From Promethearchaeota archaeon (GTDB taxonomy: Archaea > Asgardarchaeota > Lokiarchaeia > Sigyniarchaeales > SOKP01), in contig SDNY01000005.1 of NCBI GenBank assembly GCA_004524535.1, positions 1 through 58,566 on the forward strand: a stretch of DNA of 58,566 bases, in the 5' to 3' direction. Both the position numbers and the translations under genes were made by a program. The notes beneath the pieces were generated by a model that made no database searches, was not told the origin of the DNA, and saw only the letters and a list, made by a program, of their open reading frames with translations. This document shows, piece by piece, positions 51,456 to 58,566 of this stretch; the first letter of the stretch is position 1; each line of letters opens with the position of its first letter.

Positions 51456-52847
51456 CTAATTTATCTCTGAATTCCTCTCTAATTGTTTTCTTCTTTCAGA
51501 CATTAAGCCTCTTAATTCCTTACATTCCTTTGGATATACAAAAAATGGAATTATCCACAAAAAAGAACCAAACAACCAAAATAATAAAATTAACATTATA
51601 GCAAATGGAAAAAGTGACATATCCCTTTCAATCAAGAAAGAAAGTATTAAATTACCAATTATTCCCCCAATATTTATCATAAAACCATTCAATGCATTTG
51701 CTGTACTCATCAACTCTGGAACGCATACTTCTGAATATATTGCCAATATATTTCCGGCACATAAAGAAGTTAAAAAAAATCCTAAAAAGCCTAAAGCTAT
51801 GAAAAAAATCCAAGAAAAAGCAATTTGTAAGGAAGTCGCTGTATAAAACGGGATTAAATAAAATCCCAAGAAACACAATATTCCTAATATAAGTCCAATT
51901 AATGAGATAGTAACGCGACCCTTCAACTTTCCCGTATTGAAATAGGAGTCTCCGAGTTTTCCTCCTATTATAGTTCCGGGTATACCACCAATTCCAGCTA
52001 AAAGAAAAATAGTTGTAGCATATAATCCCGCATTAACATCGTTAATTTTAGTGGTTAAATAAAAAATTGCCCATGTTCCAAGCGTTATGTTAGCAATTCC
52101 ACTAAAGATCATAGCAATTAATATCGCAGCAACTGTCTTTTTCTTAAATAATTGACCAAGACTATGAAAAGTTATTTTGTAATCATAATTAATTTCACCT
52201 TTAAAATCCATAAACTCTGGCTCAGCACGACCTCGTTCAGGATTAATCCCTGATAAAACATAACTTAATAACGCTAATAATCCTAAAACAAAGCCTAAAC
52301 CATAAGCAATCCTCCAACCAAAAGACCAAGTATAAGTTCCTAATAATCCTCCAATAATAATTCCCCCTCCGGTCCCTAATAACAAACTGACTTGCATAGC
52401 ACCAAATTTACGCCCCCTCTCATTCGGTGGAAAAAAATCACTAATCATCGAAAATCCAATTGGTCCAAAAGCCCCTATTCCAATCGCACCAATGATAACA
52501 AAAATTAGCAAATAATAGTAATTGATTGATAGGGAAATTAAACCAAATGATATAATCCACGTAAGATTCGTAATGACAAAAACCTTTTTTCTTGAAAATT
52601 TTTCCGATATTTTTTCCCCAAAATATCCAAAAAATAATATGCTAATCAGTATAACTATTAAATAGGAAGCAGCTATAATCCCAATACCAAAGGCAGTAGT
52701 CCCAGGAACATACAATAACAAATTATCAATATTAACTGGCAATATGCCTATACAAAAATACATCATATAATAAAGAATAAAAAAGCTATTGAATGTTTTA
52801 TCTCGATTTATTTCATAATCCTCCTCCATCCTAAAAACCTCCTTCAA
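51456..52847 (-). CDS. MFS transporter
   Basis: About 12 TM helices; motif-A-like EKFSRKK and GKLGD; SDFFPPNERGR. Confidence 0.92.
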   Translation of the reverse strand: MKEVFRMEEDYEINRDKTFNSFFILYYMMYFCIGILPVNIDNLLLYVPGTTAFGIGIIAASYLIVILISILFFGYFGEKISEKFSRKKVFVITNLTWIISFGLISLSINYYYLLIFVIIGAIGIGAFGPIGFSMISDFFPPNERGRKFGAMQVSLLLGTGGGIIIGGLLGTYTWSFGWRIAYGLGFVLGLLALLSYVLSGINPERGRAEPEFMDFKGEINYDYKITFHSLGQLFKKKTVAAILIAMIFSGIANITLGTWAIFYLTTKINDVNAGLYATTIFLLAGIGGIPGTIIGGKLGDSYFNTGKLKGRVTISLIGLILGILCFLGFYLIPFYTATSLQIAFSWIFFIALGFLGFFLTSLCAGNILAIYSEVCVPELMSTANALNGFMINIGGIIGNLILSFLIERDMSLFPFAIMLILLFWLFGSFLWIIPFFVYPKECKELRGLMSERRKQLERNSEIN

Positions 52848-53089
52848 ACATAAAATCTAATTCTTTTCTAAATAACATTTATTTTTAATTTTATTTTTAA
52901 TTTCTTTTTTGGCTTTCTGTATTAAATATTTTGTTATTTTTCATTTTCTTCAAACATAATTGAGCTATTAATAAATTTCAAACCATAAAATTTTTAACTC
53001 AAAATTTCCTTTAATATTTTGTCGATGGCTTAAATATCGCTACAAAGAATTTTTTTCTTACCATCACAGACTATTGGTTGAAAAAAAAT

Positions 53090-53400
53090 ACCTCATCCCT
53101 CTGGATGACATACTCCAATAGTAGGTAGCGGTCTCGCAGAAGTATGACAATTGAGATGAGTACCAAAGCGCTGCTTGGGAAAGCCAAGGAAACTGCCACT
53201 ACGGGAAGCGAGATAACCGGACCAAGCGTCGAAAATCGCGCTCATAGGAACATACCCTATTGAAAATCAAACGTCCCAATTTGATGTTTGATCGTCAAAG
53301 CGATTAATTTGTTTACTTGCCGAATATGAATTATGCTTAACTATCTTACCCCTAAACCTATAAGCAAGCAATCTGAACCTTTCCTTAAGTAGACGCCAAT
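53090..53400 (+). ncRNA. 5' external transcribed spacer / processing-stem arm of the stand-alone 23S transcript
   Basis: GC-richer and hairpin-rich; AGGAACATACCC, TTGCCGAA, CTATCTTAC and CTGAACC are complementary to the 3' trailer at 56895-57010. Confidence 0.6.
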
Positions 53401-55252
53401 ACGCCTCCGCTATTTGGTGGATATCTTGGCTTGGGCACCGATGAAGAGCGTGACAAGCTGCGATAAGCTTGGGTTAGTCGCACGTAGACTTAGACCCCAA
53501 GATTCTCGAATCGGACATCCGCTTGCGGCCCAATAATCCGCAAGATTCCCATAACCGTAAGGTGAGGGAAGGGGAACTCTGAGAAGTAAAACATTTTAGT
53601 ATCAGAAGGAAAAGAAAACAATAGTGATTCCGTGAGTAACGGCGAGCGAAAGCGGAACAGGTCAAACCGAATCCGTTGGAGAAGATCCCTCGGAGATGTG
53701 GTGTATGGACCTCATACGGCCTCCCTAGAGAACATGAAAACCTCTTGAAAGTGGTGCCATAGAGCGTGATAGCCGCGTAATGGTAATCTAGAAGGCTGAT
53801 TTGAGGTATCCTGAGTAGTGCGGGATGGTTTTCTCGTACAAATGTGCCAAACACATGTTGGCAAACCTAAATATGTCCCAAGACCGATAGCGTAATAGTA
53901 GCGTGAGCGAAAGATGAAAAGTAACCCGGAAGGGTCGTGAAAAGTGCTTGAAACCAAATAGCTTAATAGGGATGCAGCCTGAAAGGAGAGATTCTGAGCG
54001 AATGTGTTCCGGTAACGGAATATCAGAGCACAGAGGACTAGGGTTGCATCATCAGTCTGGAATCATTGGCCAGGGAGTTTATAGTAGAGGCGAGCTTAAG
54101 CGTCTTACGGCGCGAAGGCATAGGGAAACCAATATTCTTGCAACCTAATTATCACATTAGGAAGATCTATTCGTCCTAGATTGGTTTTGCCATTCAAATA
54201 CGTCTAGTGAATCCTTCTAAGGGATTAGGCCAGAAGAATGGTCTCAAAGGGCCTAAAGTCTCTGTTATAAAACCCGAAGCCGGTCGATCTATTCCTGGCC
54301 AAGATGAAGCCGTTCGAAAGGACGGTGGAGGTCTGCAGTAGTGCTGACGTGCAATTCGCTTACATGAGCTGGGAATAGGAGCAAAAGGCTAATCTAGATC
54401 GGTGATAGCTGGTTCTCCCCGAAGTTGGTATCAGCCAAGTCTCAGACGAGGCAGCCAGTGGTGTAGAGCACTAATTGTGGAGCATGGGGAAGAAATTCCT
54501 CACTTTACTCTTAAACTCCGAAACTGCTGGCACTTTAGACTCTGGGAAACGGGTTGGTGGGCGTAAAGTCCATCGCCGAGAAGGGAACAACCTAGACTTG
54601 GGTTAAGGTCCCAAAGTGCAGGTTAAGTGTTAAAATAAAGGGCGTTATATTTCTAAGACAGTAAAAGGATAGGTATAGAAGTAGCCATTCCCTAACGAGT
54701 GTGTAATAACTCATTTGCCGAGAAATATAGCCCCGAAAATGGACGGGGCTTAAATCTGCCACCGAGACCCAAGGGCACGGGTAGAAGAATCCCGTGATCC
54801 GGTAGGGGAGCGTCCGAGTTGCATAGAAGCAGGTGCGCGAGTTCCTGTGGAGCGGCTCGGAGTGAAGATCCTGGTGATAGTAAAAGCAAAGATGGGTTAG
54901 AATCCCATCCGCCGAAAGGGCAAGGGTTTCTTCGCAATGCGTCGTCAGCGAAGAGTTAGTCGGTCCTAAGCGCAGCCTTAACTGGTATTGCGCGAAAGGG
55001 AAACAGGTTTATATTCCTGTACCTCGGTGCTACACTAGCGGTAACGCACGGCGTTGTGCTGACGGTTCCGGGTAAGTGGAATAGGGTCGTCGAATATCTC
55101 CCTATTTAAATGTATAAAGCTGGTAAATAGAGTAAATCTTAGACCCAGCCAAAATCATGAATAGCCCCCCAATTGTGGGAGGTTCCGCTGATCCCAGGAC
55201 CCAATGAAAAGGCAAACGCAAGGAACACCGAGTCCGTACCCAGAACTGACAC

Positions 55253-55282
55253 AAGAGCTCTATAACTGAGAGCGCTGTCAAA
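55253..55282 (+). other. 23S BHB intron 1 (30 nt)
   Basis: TGAC-AC|A...GTCA-AA|A; removal restores GACACAGGTG. Confidence 0.88.
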
Positions 55283-55723
55283 AGGTGCCCCTAGGTGAGT
55301 AGCCTAAGGCGTATTCGTGTAAAGGAGGCTAGGGAAATCGACAAATTAGAGCCGTAACCTAGGGATAAGGCTTGCTTGAGAACTTCGTTGCGCCTCACAG
55401 TGCTTCGGGGTTTCCAAGTCGCAGTGACTAGGGGGGGGCGACTGTTTAATAAAAACATAGGTCTCTGATAGAGCGAAAGCTTGTTTACAGAGGCTGACAC
55501 CTGGCCAGTGGCAGTCTGATAAATCCGGGTTACAACCCGAGTAAGTCCTGCTAAACGCCGGGAGTAACTATAACTCTCTTAAGGTAGCCAAATGCCTTGT
55601 CTGGTAAGTTCAGACGTGCATGAACGGTCCAACGTCCTCCCTATTGTCCCAGCCTTCTGACGATTGAAATCACACTCCGGCGAACGGTCCGGAGAAGCCC
55701 AACGGGACGAGAAGACCCCGTGG

Positions 55724-55753
55724 ACGGAATGAGAAATCTTCATTCCGGCGGAA
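55724..55753 (+). other. 23S BHB intron 2 (30 nt)
   Basis: CCGT-GG|A...GCGG-AA|A; removal restores GACCCCGTGGAGTTTTACTG. Confidence 0.9.
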
Positions 55754-56210
55754 AGTTTTACTGCAGCCTGTTGTTGCGGTTTTGAACTGGATACAGAGTG
55801 TAGTCGGGAGCGTAGATGCTATCATTTCGGTGGTAGTGGAGCGACTTTGGAATACCGGCTTTCTTTTTTGAAATCGCTAACGGCGTGAAAAGCGTCGGAC
55901 ACCCGCAGGTGGGCAGTTTGGCTGGGGCGGCTCACTCCAGAAAAAATATCTGGAGTAACCAATGGTCAGCTCAAGCGGGTCAGGAATCCGCTGAAGAGTT
56001 TAAGAGCAAAAGCTGGCCTGACTGGATTCTGATCACCAAGGAATCCTGAGGCGAAAGCCTGGTCTAGCGATCCTCTATTGTGCTCATGTGGCTTGTAGAG
56101 GTGATAGAAAAATTACCCCGGGGGTAACAGAGTTGTCACGAGTAAGAGCTCATATCGACCTCGTGGCTTGCTTCCTCGATGTCGGCTCTTCCTATCCTGG
56201 GAGCGCACAT

Positions 56211-56248
56211 AGCGTTTGCGTCAAATAGACCGATGTTTATGCGTGCAT
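56211..56248 (+). other. 23S BHB intron 3 (38 nt, helix 91 loop)
   Basis: GCAC-AT|A...GTGC-AT|A with inner helix GCGT/ATGC. Confidence 0.72.
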
Positions 56249-56280
56249 AACTCCCAAGGGTGGGGCTGTACGCCCATTAA

Positions 56281-56314
<34 letters not shown>

Positions 56315-56447
56315 TTCCAGTTCTCGGAAATGATATGGTTATAATTCAATTTATTGGAATAAACAGAACTTAAGAATCCTCCTAATGGATTGAATTATGA
56401 TCATGAGTAAATTTTCGGGAGTACCGATTTTTCGGGCTGGACACGAG
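56315..56447 (+). other. 23S BHB intron 4 (133 nt, no homing endonuclease ORF)
   Basis: CGTG-AG|T TCCAG...CTGGA CACG-AG|A; removal restores CGTCGTGAGACAGG. Confidence 0.92.
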
Positions 56448-56963
56448 ACAGGTCGGATTCTATCTGTTGGGCTTGTTGGAAGACTGAGGGTAAGGGAAAA
56501 TCAGTACGAGAGGAACATTTTGCCGGCGCCTCTGGTGTACCGGTTGTCTGACAAGGCATTGCCGGGCAGCTACGCGCTAACGGATAAGTGCTGAAAGCAT
56601 CTAAGCACGAAGCCGGACCCGAAAATAGTCTTCCACTCCTTTCTCAAATTGTTTGATTGATTTACTGGGACATTTTGGTTGGCTGGATTGATAAGGCATC
56701 CTGTGTAAGCCGGAAGTCGATCCGTAAAAAAGCCATAATCGGAATGGTCGGTGAGTTGGTTGACGTGCGTGGGGGCTGGTGACAGTAACCACAGGGAAGG
56801 GACGAGTGCACCCATAAAAGATGGGGTTGGTGAGACGGGGGTGTACGTGCCGAGCTTTCGGGCGAGGTATTTAGCCCGCCGTTCTCAATAGCACGAGTGT
56901 TTGGTGTTGAAAGAGGACTCGTGGTTCAGGCTTAGAGTTTATGGGTTTGTAAGATGGTGTTGT

Positions 56964-57026
56964 TAGTTAAGTGATTGTATGTTTTGGCAAGTGTATGGGG
57001 TGTGTTCCTGGAATTAATTTTTTTTT
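56964..57026 (+). repeat. ~63-bp direct repeat, left copy (23S 3' trailer ending in a T-tract)
   Basis: TAGTTAAGT..TTGT.TGTTTTGGCAAGTGTATGGGGTGTGTTCCTGGA.TTAATTTTTT recurs at 58143. Confidence 0.9.
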
Positions 57027-57128
57027 CCTTATAAAAACTTTATCTCTACAATTATAAATAAAAACACATAAATTTAAATAAATGTAGAGATAATATTATC
57101 ATGATGGAAAATAAATTGGTGATGTAAT

Positions 57129-58031
57129 GTGGCAACTATTATTAAACATGAAATCAATGGAAAAGAATATAATTATCTTTCATATTCTTATCGAGAAGGT
57201 AAGAAGGTTAAAAAAAAAGAGAAATATATTGGAATATCTATACCTCCTTTCGAAGAATTATCTGACTTATGGGAAGATTTTTCGCATGAAATAGTTCAAG
57301 AAAGATGGATACCACTTATAGAAGGAATGGTTGAGAATCATCGAAAAGCATGGAACTCAATGCCATTACCTATAAAAGCAAAAAACTTGAGAAATTTTGG
57401 AATACGATTCACACATCATTCTAGCAAAATTGAAGGTTCTACCTTAACTTTACGTGAAGTACAAGCTGTTATAGAGGATGATATTACACCAAAAGATAAA
57501 TCCGTTAGAGATGTCATTGAAACGAAATCCCATATGAGTATTTATGAGAAAATGATAAATTCTACCAAAGAATTATCCATGAAGTTAATATGTGAATGGC
57601 ATGAAGAATTATTTCAAATGACTGAGCCAAATATAGCTGGGATTATTAGAAATTATCCTGTGTCAATAGCAGGAAGTAAATATGAGCCTCCGATGTCTAA
57701 AATTGAGATTGAGATGTTATTAGACGAACTGTTTAAATGGTACAATGCAATGAAAGAGAAATATCATCCTGTATTTATTGCGTCTGTCATGCATTATCGT
57801 TTTGTTTGCATCCATCCTTTTGGAGATGGGAATGGTCGTATGACTCGATTATTAATGAATTATATCTTACATGAAAGCAATTATCCGATGTTTGATATTA
57901 ATGCAGATATGAGGGGACAATACTACAATGCTCTAGATAATGCAGATAAAAAACATCGTGATCTCCCATTCGTTCAATGGTTTTTTAAAAATTATATAAA
58001 AGCAAATAAGAGAGATATCCCTGAAAAATAA
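57129..58031 (+). CDS. Fic-domain protein (AMPylase)
   Basis: HPFGDGNGRMTR catalytic motif; SSKIEGS inhibitory-type motif; N-terminal YLSYSYREGKKVKKKEKYIG. Confidence 0.95.
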   Translation: MATIIKHEINGKEYNYLSYSYREGKKVKKKEKYIGISIPPFEELSDLWEDFSHEIVQERWIPLIEGMVENHRKAWNSMPLPIKAKNLRNFGIRFTHHSSKIEGSTLTLREVQAVIEDDITPKDKSVRDVIETKSHMSIYEKMINSTKELSMKLICEWHEELFQMTEPNIAGIIRNYPVSIAGSKYEPPMSKIEIEMLLDELFKWYNAMKEKYHPVFIASVMHYRFVCIHPFGDGNGRMTRLLMNYILHESNYPMFDINADMRGQYYNALDNADKKHRDLPFVQWFFKNYIKANKRDIPEK

Positions 58032-58566
58032 TTAAGTTAAAGCTCTTATTAATTATTTTCTGAAATTGCCTGATAATATTTCTAGTTAATGCGTGAAAGC
58101 TAAAAGTTATCTTTAGAAAAATCATAATACAAGTGATATTGATAGTTAAGTACTTGTTTGTTTTGGCAAGTGTATGGGGTGTGTTCCTGGAGTTAATTTT
58201 TTTTTTTAATATATTCAAATAAATTAAACTTAGAAGAACTCCAATGCTAATGGGATATACTACGAGAAATGTTATTAATGCACCATGCCAAGGGATTCCT
58301 GCATGGAAAATATATGCAGAATATAGCAGGATTAAACCGGGCAAATATGAGTCTGTTTTTCTGGTAAGATAACATAATAAAAAGCCGAAGATTATAAAGG
58401 TTAGAACAAAACCCCAGGTATGCCAAGGATAACATAAGCCAAAAAGCATACTCACGATAGCATAAGCATAAATAGGTTTAATTTTACTTAAAAATAGTTT
58501 CAGTCCATATTTAAAAAAGAAAGTACACATCGCCCATAATTGTACTAATTTTATAATAAAGAAAAA
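57985..58566 (-). CDS. membrane protein, degenerate CPBP/CAAX-protease-like; 5' end outside the window
   Basis: Frame open to the window edge; IVSMLFGL and YLTRKTDSYLPGLIL resemble CPBP motifs but the catalytic His residues are not evident. Confidence 0.5.
   Translation of the reverse strand, partial: FFFIIKLVQLWAMCTFFFKYGLKLFLSKIKPIYAYAIVSMLFGLCYPWHTWGFVLTFIIFGFLLCYLTRKTDSYLPGLILLYSAYIFHAGIPWHGALITFLVVYPISIGVLLSLIYLNILKKKINSRNTPHTLAKTNKYLTINITCIMIFLKITFSFHALTRNIIRQFQKIINKSFNLIIFQGYLSYLLLYNF
58143..58205 (+). repeat. ~63-bp direct repeat, right copy
   Basis: Near-identical to 56964-57026. Confidence 0.9.

Noticed and set aside
53100-53300. GC-rich segment as a 5S rRNA or separate sRNA
   Set aside because: No 5S motifs recognised on either strand; partial complementarity to the 23S trailer fits a leader, although a separate sRNA cannot be excluded

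Overview
AT-rich archaeal chromosome segment, almost certainly an Asgard archaeon (Lokiarchaeia-like). This is inferred from profilin, Rab-like GTPase, roadblock and RING proteins and supersized 23S expansion segments ES9/ES39. The window runs from a 16S rRNA 3' end plus tRNA-Ala through about 55 mostly housekeeping genes to an unlinked 23S rRNA gene. The main finding is pervasive bulge-helix-bulge (BHB) splicing: 11 introns in 6 tRNA genes, 4 in 23S rRNA, and a canonical 31-nt BHB intron inside a protein-coding gene (ychF), whose removal exactly rebuilds the P-loop GKPSSGKS. Other findings: apparent non-AUG (AUC/AUA/AUU) starts for aIF1/SUI1, FtsZ and an aldolase, and three integrase-free cargo insertions flanked by direct repeats of host sequence. 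All calls were made by eye, without database searches.
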